Below are positions 34,701-46,700 of a stretch of 64,000 nucleotides of DNA, in pieces. The stretch lies in NCBI GenBank assembly GCA_977030845.1, contig OZ365117.1, positions 5,704,001 through 5,768,000 of the forward strand, in the 5' to 3' direction. Below the pieces are notes generated by a model that did no database searches, was not told where the DNA came from, and worked only from the letters and a program-made list of their open reading frames with translations. Position 1 is the first letter of the stretch. Each line of letters opens with the position of its first letter. The stretch is from Fimbriosthenelais zetlandica. Its lineage: Eukaryota. The translations under genes and the position numbers were made by a program.

Positions 34701-37700
34701 TTCTGGACTCATGAGACCTCAGACGTATGCTGCTTTGTCCCTTAGAACTTCAAATTCTTTAGATGTGTTGATATAATATATTTCCATGTATGCCTGTATT
34801 GGGGGGAGGGAATGGGAAGAAGGTAGTCTCTCCTCACTCTAGCAGGTGGCAGCAGTGGCGCTCTCGGAGCTGCCCTCCACTGACCACTGCTCGACCAAGG
34901 CCATATTCCAGCCGGTTGCACACGCCTGCAGTCATACTACGAAACTTTTTCTTTTCTCTCCTTAACAAAGGCCGGACACAATGTCTGCCAACAAAGCAGC
35001 AGCTATGTCTTAATGTTTTCATGCGTTATAAATATCATTATAATCTGAGAATTATGGTGTCTTTGCCCTTATGCCCTTAGTATGCCTAAGATCAGAGTAA
35101 GTAAACATTTATTTCGATCTTGTTTCAGGTGTCCAGTGGGTCACTACTGTCCAGTAGGTTCTGGCTCACCTGTGAGGTGTGAGAATGGTACGTACCAGGA
35201 TGAGGAGACGCAGCCCACCTGTAAGGACTGTCCACCTGGTTATGTCTGTGATAATACCTTGTCTATAGTTATCCTGGATAACTCCACTACGGTCTGCCCC
35301 GCGGGTCACTACTGCCCAACTAAAACCCGCTACGCCAGCGAGTACCCCTGCCCTCCTGGTACCTTCAACAATCTCACTGGTAGGTCCAAATTGGCAATTT
35401 ATATTCCAAGTCGAAATCAGAAATTTATATTTAGTCCTTGAAGAAGGCAGAGATACAAAAATATACTGAAAAAAGGTAACTTGAAATGGTACAAAAACTA
35501 TATGTAACTTGTAGACTGGAATCGTACAAACATATGATGTACAGCAGATCTATATTTGTATAATTTGCATTGAGTTGGTTGTATTGTATGGATTTGTAGG
35601 TCTGCAGAGAGAGGAAGACTGCAGTCAGTGTCTTGGTGGTTACTATTGCCCTACACCAGGCCTGGTAGCACCTTACGAACAATGTGATCCTGGCTACTTC
35701 TGCCAACAATCTGCCCAGACCTCAACACCAGACCAAGGTAAAACATTAACCTTTTCACCATTTCACATATTGTTCATATACCAAGGTTTTCTATCCTAAC
35801 AGCTAGAGCTGAATGTCATAGCGAGGGAAATCAAAAAGAAGTCTCTTGAAAATTGCAGGTAGTGATGCCAATGTCTGCCCTGCTGGATCCTTCTGTCCAT
35901 TGGGAACATCCAGTCCTGAACCTTGTCCCAAAGGTTCCTACAGTAATGCGACAGGCCTGTCCAGCTCGGTCCAATGTGTACTGTGTTCTGCTGGAGATTT
36001 CTGCGATCAAGTGGGCATCATCTCCACCTCAGGTCCTTGTGATCCAGGGTCTGTATTACTATTGCTTTCTGTAAATCTCAGATTTTAACCGCCAGAATTC
36101 TCTTTTTGCTGTATTACTATTGCGGTTTCTGTAAAACTCTTTCTTTTGATTTTCTCTTTTTATATGATATTCTATTTTTGCTGATATTTTTTAATATACC
36201 GTACTGTGAATTAAAGTTGTAAATTACCATTCAGTTGTTTCCCTTACAGATATTACTGTACATTGGGATCAAATCATTCTCAGAGAATTGTTTGTCCAGT
36301 TGGTCATTACTGTGGGCAAGGCTCTGGGTGGCCGACTCCGTGCCCTCGAGGGACGTACTCTCCAAGTGAGGCCAACACCAACATATCACAGTGTGTGGAC
36401 TGTGATGAAGGACACTACTGTAACAATACAGGTACTGTACTGTTACCGCTGTAAACTTACTGAGTTTGTGTCTCTCCCAATTTAATTTTGAACCAAACAG
36501 TCCCACCTATTTAGTGAAAGACGGAACCTCAGCAGAAACAATCTTTAGATTTATGTTTAACTGTTAATAAACTTATCATACCTATGATATTTAGTGACAT
36601 TTTCTTGCTGAAATTCTTGCCACAATAAAAAAAAATTGATACCTATGATATTTAGAGACCTATAGATACTTAATACATGGCAATGTGGTTTAATATTAAA
36701 ACCAGTATCCTTTTTATACTGAAATTTAAACCACAATAAAAAGAAACTATATCAAAAATATCTACATGGACATATTCTATGCCCTGCAGGTTTGAGTGCA
36801 GTGACTGACCAGTGTAACCCTGGTTACCATTGTCCTGGTGGTAACGACGTCCCTAACCCCGTGGAGACACCATGTCCAGCTGGTCAGCATTGTCCACGTG
36901 GGAGTGGTAGCCCCGTACAATGTCAGCCTGGCTTCTTCACCAACTATACCCATGCTGACACGTGTAGCCCCTGCCCTGCCGGCTACTACTGCCTTCCTCT
37001 ACCACTCAATGCTGGTAGGTACTATCTTATAGTAAACGGTGGAGCTCTGCCATTTGCGACTCTCTTTTGGAACCTTTAGCCTCTTGACTCTGTGATAAGC
37101 ACCGCAACAAATCCGATATAGATTTGAGACCATATGTGGATTTTTAGATTTTTTGCCAAGTCCCATTAAAGCCCATGCGATCCTTACAACTCAGTAACTC
37201 CAGAGTTCCTCTGCTGAACTTCTGAACAATCTGTGTGACAAGTCTCACAAAGAAAGTCTCCCATGACGAACAGAGTCCATACAAATTGCAGTGGAAATGA
37301 CAGTGGAAAGTGTGGAAAGATTATTGATTCTCTAGCTTTATATTTCAGATAACGCCACTAAAAGTTACCAGTTGTGTCCCGCTGGCTTCTTCTGCCCCAA
37401 CCAGACCGGTTTGGACTGGTCAGCTTGTCCAACTGGTACCTATAGTAACCAGCTTGGACTGACCACTGTGGAGGAGTGCACCCAATGTCCAGGTATCCTA
37501 TATTTCTTTCTGACTATCCACTGACCATATTGATCAATTTGTTAGGGACTCTTGGCTCACCAAACTTTTGTACTTCTCAGGAGGCTATTTCTGCGATCGC
37601 ACCAATCTGACTGCTCCAGCCGGCTACTGTTCCATGGGTCACTACTGTACCTTAGGGGTGGACACAGCCTACCCGACCACCACCAACAACACTGGTGTAG

Positions 37701-40700
37701 GAGGGATCTGTCCAGAGGGTCATTATTGTCCAGAGGGGACTGCTGTACCTATAGGTTGTGCTGCGGGTACATACCAAGTAAGTGTGCAATCCCACAACGC
37801 TCAAAAGTTCGTTAATCAGAAATTTCTGAGATTTACAAAATTTGCTATCCCGATTTTGCAGGATTTGACTGGTGAAGGACTGTGTAAGCTTTGTCCAGCT
37901 GGATACTACTGTGTAGCTAATTCCACTACATACATGCATCAAGTCTGTCCCAGTGGTCACTACTGCCCCCCCAATACATCCTATGACACTGAGTTCAAGT
38001 GCCCCCCAGGCACTTTCAACAACATCACTGGTAAGTTTAATTCAATTTTCAAGTGCCAAATATCCTTTAATGTATAAATCTGTTCCTGTGGTGCCTTGTG
38101 CAATGGGATTGTGCTAAGGGGGTGAGTGTTGGCATTGAATGTGGCAGTTTGTATATTCCCCACGCATTTTGCTGCCATATTATGATGCACACGCCACAAA
38201 AATCACAAGGCAAAAGAACCCCAGTGGACCTACCCATTTGAACTACTCCATCCCCTGTGTCAACTCTTTCCCAGTGTTAACTGTTAATAACTGTGTATTG
38301 TCTACTGTAGGTGAGGCTAGTGACAGTGCCTGTCGACCCTGTACACCAGGTTATTACTGTGCCAGCCCTGGTCTGCCTACCACCACTGGTTTATGTTCAC
38401 CTGGATGGTTCTGTACGGTATCCTCCTACCTCAGTCAGCCCTCCTACCCTGAAGGCGGCCAATGTATGGCAGGTAAGTCACAATTAGATCTTAGCACAAT
38501 CTTGTCAGGGTTCTTGAAGGCTCTCAGGGTCTGCCAAACCCCCCAGATGTCTTGTGGTCCTTTGGCAACAAGAATCCTTTGGGCAAGAAGAATCTTTTGG
38601 GCAACAATGCTGTATTTGGCAACAGGAATCGCCTTATAGAATAGGGTCACATGTTGGTTCCAGAAGTTGATTTAGTTGTCTGTAATTTGTTTTAGTTGTC
38701 CCGATGCCCGGTCATTTTGATTGACCCGTTTTATGCAATCCTGAGTCCTTTGCAGGGCTAAATTTCAAACTTCAATACCTCTAAACTATGGTATCTTACC
38801 TCAACTGCTTGATCTGTTTTATATTAGGCCAATACTGTCCCGAGGGAAGTTCAGCACCCACACCTTGCGATCCGGGCAAGTATTGCGATGTAGATGGGAT
38901 GGATCAGCCTCAGGGACCGTGTTCCCCAGGGTACTATTGCTCCATCAACTCCTCCACACCCACACCGACCGGCATGGGTGGGGACGAGTGTAGACCGGGT
39001 ACTTTCTGCCAGGAGGGGAGCTCCTACGAGCAGCTCTGTCCTCCTGGGACATTCCAGCCCTCAACGAAGGCTGAAAACATCTCTTATTGTAACCCATGTA
39101 CAGCCGGGAGCTACTGTAACGCGAGTGGACTAGATGCTCCACAAGGATTGTGTGACGCTGGTACGTTCTCATCTGAACTTTAGTCCGTTTTTCCTATTTT
39201 TTTAACTGCATATTGAAATTCAATTGTTCAATATGTTTTACATAATGTCCTCCATCTATTCTCTCTTTCTTCTCTCTCTTTTCTCTCTCTATCTCCCTTC
39301 TCTCTCTCTCTCTGTTTCTCTCTCTTTCTCTTCACTCGGAAGACATATTGTTATATATATGCACCTCCTGAATAAATTAGATGTAACACCTAAAAAAATT
39401 GCAAGGATTGAAGGCATCTTTGCCATCATTTCGCACTTTTCTTACCAACAGGTTACTATTGCCCTGAGGGACAGAATGAGAGAGCGCCTAGCTCCTATCC
39501 CTGTCCTGCCGGTTTTGTCTGTCCTCTGGGTTCCCCTGTCCCTCAGACTTGCGAGTCTGGCTTCTACCAGGATGAGATACGAACTAGCGTCTGTAAGGAA
39601 TGTCCTGAAGGTTACTACTGCGACCAGAGTAATGAAACTATCGTCACCTATAGCGAATATGCCTGTCCTCAAGGTAAGTTTTGTATCTTTTCAATGCCAC
39701 ATTCTAAGAGGAAGTCATTACCATCCTGCCATGTGCCTGTGACATGATAGCTCAGTGAGGCAGCACTATAAAAGAGCATAGGGCTCACTGTCACAAATAG
39801 GCACTGTCATGATATAGATGAAAAATTGTTGAAAGTGACGTTAAACCCCATTCAATAAGAATAAATAGAGTGGTAATGTTTGCAAATATCGAATTACACA
39901 TGGTTGTACCTACCACATTTTCATTTCAGGACATTTCTGTCCGAACGGGACTAGATCGTCCCAGCAGTTCCCATGTCCTGCAGGGACTTTCAACAATGCA
40001 ACTGGTCTGCGCTGGGAGTCCGAGTGCCTGCCCTGTATAGGTAAAGTCCTCATTTCAAACTGAAATTAAATAGCCGTTTCAAGAGTAATCAAGAGTGTGA
40101 GCTGGTCTTCACCCATAACAGGCTCTATAAAAATTCTAACTAAAAAAAAATTAACATTGATTGTTGTTTCTTTCAGGTGGATTTTATTGTCCTGGGGGAG
40201 GTATCACCAACCCAACACTGGCCTGCTCCCCTGGTTTCTACTGTAGATCTGGAGCTAGGACAGCCACCCCGATACAGGATATCTATGCTAACCAGTGCCC
40301 AGTTGGTCACTACTGCCTGGAGATGACCACAGAACCGGTCAAGTGTCCAGCTGGAACCTACTCGGACAACACCCGACTGATGAACGTCACTGACTGCCTG
40401 ACCTGCCCACCTGGTAAGGCCGGGACTCCACTGCTGCGATTTTGCTTGCGATACTACTGCGACAAAGATGGTGCTTGTGTCGCAATGAAAAGTGTGCCAG
40501 TTAAGGACGGCCTTAAGGCCTTGAACACTTCGACCTCGTTTGATAAATTTTGTGATACAAGCATCACGTTGGTTGCAGTATTGCCGCAAGGAAAATCGCG
40601 GCAGTGGAGGACAGCCTTAAGGCCAAGAAAAATACCGTTTCTTGTAACACATCTGAAGAAAATGTACCATATATATAAAGGATGTCATGTGATTGTCTTA

Positions 40701-43700
40701 CAGGCAGTTTCTGTGGGGATCTAGCACTGACTGAACCAAGTGGACCATGTGCTCCAGGCTTCTACTGCCTGGAAGGGTCCACAACCAACACCTCTCTTGC
40801 CTGCCCGGGAGGTCGATTCTGTCCTGAGGGTAAGTGCCCTCAATCTCTGTTCATTAGGAACCTATATAGCACTGGGAAGACTTCCTGACATCCACTGTAC
40901 AATTTTTGAGGACCTCGATTTTTGCAACCCAAAAATTTGCTATAGATCATTTCTCTATTCATTTGCCATTGAAAAATCGGTTCCTAGAGTTTGGCGTCCA
41001 TTGGTCTGATCATCTGAACAGATTTTTAATTTGCTCCCCCGATCGCCTGTGATCGCCTAAGATCGCAAAATCGGGATGACTAACGGATCAATTGATGTCG
41101 GGCTTAAGTTCAATGTTTCTTGTAGGTACTGGCAGTCCTCAGCGATGTCCAAGTGGAACTTGGTCCAATGCCACCCAGCTGACAGCAGACAGCGAGTGTA
41201 CACCATGTCCACCAGGATGGTTCTGTCAACAGACAGGGCTGACCCAGCCCGAAGATCTCTGTAAGCAAGGATACTACTGTCCACAAGGATCGAGTGTTGA
41301 GAACCCATTGATATGTCCCATTGGTCTCCACTGCCCTACCGGCTCCGATCTGCCCAAGGCCTGCGTCTCTGGCACCTTCACTAATGTGTCGGGGGCATTT
41401 AGTTGTGACATTTGCCCTCATGGGTAAGTTACTTTTTCATTGTTTATTCTCTGCGGATTTGTCCCACAGAGCTGCGCATACCATAAATTTCCTCCTCAAA
41501 GATGCAGGAATTGCTCAATTCTATTGTTGTACATTGGTAGTCTTTAGGACAAAATTACAAGCAACATTCAATTTAGTCGAGGCTAGCTGGCCAAGGATTG
41601 AAGCGCTGTTCCATAGGCAATAGTTAGACCTATTAGTGGTTCCCTGGCCAAAAATGCAAGCATTGTTCCATAGAATCCACCATTGCTTCATGGAATCTTT
41701 TGGCTTATTGAGTCTTTCTTTATCTTGATCAGTTACCATTGCTTGCCTGAGAACGTGACTGCTGGAGACCCCACCTCTGGATACCATGATTGCCCCGCTG
41801 GATACTACTGCCCTGAAGGCACTGGTCTGGCATGGACACCCTGCCCTCAAGGCACCTACAGTTACCAGACAAACCTCCAAATGGTAAGCTCAATCTCTAC
41901 TTTTATTAATAGCTTTATAGGATTATATTTGTTATAAATTACTCTTAATACAGGCGTCAATAGGAATCAATTTCTTCAGGGGACCCCTGGCTACGAGCCC
42001 GACTCATAAAACCTAACTAATAAGAATAAGATAATAAATCTGGCCAACCCTTAGATTCCATGGGTGGACCCTTTAAACTTCAGGCTTTTGGGTCTCAGAG
42101 GCTTGAAATCTTCCCCTTGGAACAGGCTTTGGGGTCTCAGAGGCTTGAAATCTTCCCCTTGGAACAGGCTTTGGGGTCTCAGAGGCTTGAAATATATCCT
42201 TAGTAACTGAAGTTGGTTGTGAATATTCTTTATCTTTTCCCTCACAGGTGGAGCAGTGTCGACCGTGTGATGGAGGGTATTATTGTGGTGTAGATGGAGC
42301 CACTAACGTGACAGGGCTGTGTTCAGCTGGCTTCTACTGCCAGTCAGGAGTAGACAGGCCTAATCCCAACATAGCTGACATTACCAACTCTACTGGCTGT
42401 CCATTCCCATACGAACATTCAGGTAATCACTCAGTCACTTTCTAACCTGGATGGATTATCTGGCCTTCTCCAAGGCCTCTCTTTATAGATAATGGGTAAA
42501 ATGCTTAGTCAAAGGCCAGCCACATCTCCCGTTGGGGTCAGAGAGATAAAAGATATGTGGTGAGACATGTAAAAGGCCAGCCATGTCTCCCACTGTATGT
42601 GGTGAGAGGCATGTAAAAGGCCAGCCATGTCTCCCACTGTATGTGGTGAGAGGCATGTAAAAGGCCAGCCATGTCTCCCACTGTATGTGGTGAGAGGCAT
42701 ACAAAAGCCCAGCCACTGCCTGTGTTACTATATGTATTTTGATGTCTTGCTTGTTTATCTCTAGGGTATGGCGACATCTGTCCTCGCGGCTTCGCCTGTC
42801 CTCCCGGCTCTGTGGAACCCCTCGGCTGTAGCCCTGGCCAGTACCAGGACCAAGAGGGACAGGAATCCTGCATTATCTGCCCTTCAGGTGACTATAAATC
42901 CACTACTTTACTGCACTTATTCCACCACCATACTCGATTCTTGAATATCACCAATATATGGTCTATGGTGAGAGCCGTATAAAATGCCAGCCATGTCACC
43001 TACTGTGGTGAGAGGCATACAAAAGCCCAGCTAGAAACATTCAATTTAGTTGCTGGCAACCAACCAACTATGTGGGCTCCCATCCAGCAGGTGGCCTGCA
43101 GCGCATACAAACTATGGCAGTCATTTATAGTTATATATAGTGTGGACAATATATACAAATCATATACATTTTCCAGGTTATTTCTGTCTGGCCAACTCCA
43201 CCGAGTATCAGAACACACCCTGCCCATCAGGCTACTACTGTCCTGAGGGAACCACACGGTCAGATGAACGTCCTTGTGCTGCGGGGACATATAACCCCTA
43301 CACAATGAGGACCAATGAGACGGCGTGTGAGCCTTGTCTACCGGGCATGTATTGTATGGGAAGCGGGCTATCTAGTCCCACGTCAAACTGCAGGTGAGTG
43401 CCCGAAAATCTCTTCTTTTTTGCATAATACTCTCATTTTTTGAAAAAAATATTAGCAATCATGCCTCCATCTTTTGCCCAAAAGCTCTTTAATTGTGGGA
43501 CTTTCTTTACGGGACGTTTTCCTTGCCACTCTAGGACTAGTGCTGGTTCAGTCGCACATATATTTGTAACATTATCTAGATTTTTGAATGTGGTCACCAA
43601 AGACCAAGGGTTCCATGGATGCCCTTGCAACGCTAGCAACCTCAGAGCTCCACTTTTGATTGACCCTTGCATACTACAGATGCTAGTCACCACAGAAAAA

Positions 43701-46700
43701 TCAGTCACCAAAGTCCCATGGCAAATAGAGGTTACTGGAGCTACCCCAGAACATTTCGATCAGTTTTTACCATTTTCATTTGTTGCTGATTATTTCTGGA
43801 TTTTGTTTCAGTGAGGGCTGGTACTGTACATCTGGAGCCACTCAACCAATGCCTAGTAACCCCAGCGAGGGTGGAAGGTGCCAGCCTGGTACCTTCTGTC
43901 CTGGAGGCAGTGACTCACCTATCCCATGTACCGGGGGTTCCTTCTGTCCTATAGCAGGCCTAGCTAGCCCTACAGGCAACTGCAGCCAAGGTAATTGAAA
44001 TTAACTGAAAAGCATTAAGTCTACTTCTTGAAGTGGTGTCTCAGGAGGTGTCTTCGGCAGATTATGGTTCCAGCTACGAATTTTCTTGTGTACATCTCAA
44101 TACAATTAATTCTTCTCTAAATCTCTGTTTCTCTAATTGATGCTGATTGTATTTTATCTTATAAAAGGTTATTACTGTACGTTAAGTGCATCTGAAGCCA
44201 CCCCGAATGACAACGTAACCGGTGCCATATGCCCACGTGGTCACTACTGCCCCGGCGGTAGTAGCGGTCCCATCCCATGTAACATCGGCGACTACCTGGA
44301 AACTGAAGGCAACAGTCAACCCACCAGTTGTAAAACATGCGAAAAAGGCAAGTCCTTTTTGATCTACAAGACCTAATGTTTGGCAATTTGATTTTGAATA
44401 GTGAAATTGAATGGTGTTTAAATTCATTTTTGTTTTTTGGACCACAGGTTATTACTGTGACAGAGAAGGCTTGGCTGTGCCTGTTGCTCAGTGTGACCAA
44501 GGTTACTATTGTCCTAACGGCCAGGTAACAGCTACTCCTGGTAACTACACCTGCCCTGTTGGTCACTACTGCCCCGTGGGAAGCGGTGACCCAAGGCCCT
44601 GCCCCTCGGGCTACTACCAGGTAAGGCTGACCTTTATCTCAAGGAAACCAAGCTGGTTTTAAGCTGGGAGCTTAAGGAGAAGTGGGTTCAGGCTATAAGG
44701 TATCAGGTCATGGGTGTTGTTGCTGTTGGCGCTTGGGAATTTATGGTGTTGCTTCTTTATAGTTTGTATCACTAGTAGGCTATTACTTTAGAGGAGTGAT
44801 CATAAGTGGAGAGTTAATTATATTGTCTTTGTTATTTAGGACAACCCGGGTCGATGGACATGTAAATCGTGCCCGTCTGGTTACTTCTGTAATGCTACCT
44901 TCACACCTGTTGATGCCATCGGTTCCTCCATCTGTCCTGAAGGGTACTTCTGTCCTAACAACACCCGTTATGCCGAGCAGTACCCCTGTCCCCTGGGCAC
45001 CTTCAATAATAGGACAGGTCTGTGGTTATTTTGGTTATTTTTCATCACCATTTAGCTTGAAATCGAGTTTGATATTCGCTATGCAATTTAGAGAAGCAAG
45101 ACTCTGGAAACTTAACTTAAAGTTTGAAATCGGTTGTGAAATTTGGAGGGGGCGGGACTAAGAAATGTTCTGGGTAATTGGTATCAAAATATACCTTGAC
45201 TTAATGTTTTCGCTGTGAAATTTGGTTAGGCAATGTTCAAAAGATTGACATCAAAACATATTGTTTAAATATTGTGTTCAGGTCTGTCCGATGAGTCCCA
45301 GTGCACACCATGTGTGGGTGGGATGGCCTGTGATGTCATGGGTCTTGTGACACCCATCCGACCATGCGCGGCCGGGTACTTCTGTCGTGAGGGAGCCAAC
45401 ATGACTACCCCACAACTAGGTAAAGTCTGAAACATTTTACATATTAATATTAATCTCTGAGATATGTACAGCCTCCTATTCCTAGGGGAACAAAGAGGCC
45501 AGAGTAAGATCAGTTCAGCTGAAAATTAGGTTTCTGTTCCATTTTAAAGTCTTGGATTTTCTGTTGACAGGTGCTAATGCTGATGTCTGCCCTGCTGGGA
45601 GCTACTGCCCTGAAGGCACTGCAGAACCTATAGGATGTCCTGAAGGCACCTTCTCCCCGACCACCGGCATCATGGCCGAGTCAGACTGCCTCAATTGTAC
45701 AGGTGGCTACTTCTGTGATCAAATAGGTGAGGATGTTCTTTACATGGTCGATTAGAATCCAGATCTGTGACCGGTTTATTTCGCCAATTGTCACTATCCA
45801 GGCAATCATTAAGCAGATCTGTGACACGGTTATTCTCAAGAAACTGGACTCTTTGGACAAGCCATCTTTTCCTCTACTTATTCTTAAAATACACACTTTC
45901 TTTGGCCATCGTCCAGAGAGCCTTGAAGCAGGTCTTATGGATACAAGCTTTGAATTCTGCTACAGGCTTTGGAGACTCCTGAAAACCAATGTTTCTTTCT
46001 CTAAATTCCAGGTTTGACAGCTGTGGTAGGACCCTGTGTTGAAGGTTCATATTGTCCTGAAGGCTCACGACGTTCTGATCAAGAAGTCTGCCCTATGGGT
46101 TACTACTGTGGCCCGACTACTCAGTATCCTACACCCTGCAGTAATGGAACATTCGCTAATGCCACCGGCCTCACCATGTCCTCACAGTGTCTGGCTTGTA
46201 CACCAGGGGAATATTGTAATGGCTACGCCCTTACCGACCCCAACGGTCCTTGCTCTGCAGGTGAGCTCATCCAGATTTTCGGTAGCTCATTGGTTTCTAA
46301 TACAATTTGTTGGACCTAATCTGGATGCGATTTAGTTTAAAATATAATAATAAATGATCTCTGGGTTTCTGCAGGTTTCTACTGTCCTGAAGGATCCAGC
46401 CTTCCCACACAGATTATCTGTCCCATGGGTAAGCATTGTCCACCCGGCAGCTCTGAACCCCTCGGCTGCCCCGCTGGCTCTCTCTCTGACTACGAAGGGG
46501 CCGCGACATGTGCCATGTGCCCTGCTGGTAAGTTTCCTGCTAGAATGTTCAAAATTATATCAACCAAGTAATCAAAGTTACATAAACCTGTTCTTCCATA
46601 GTTGCCTGTGCTCAGATGGATTTTAAAAAACCAGCTTGCCATGGCAAAAAGGAGTCCCTTGTGTAAAAGCAGGTTGTTGCTTTGGAATAGCAAATTGTCC

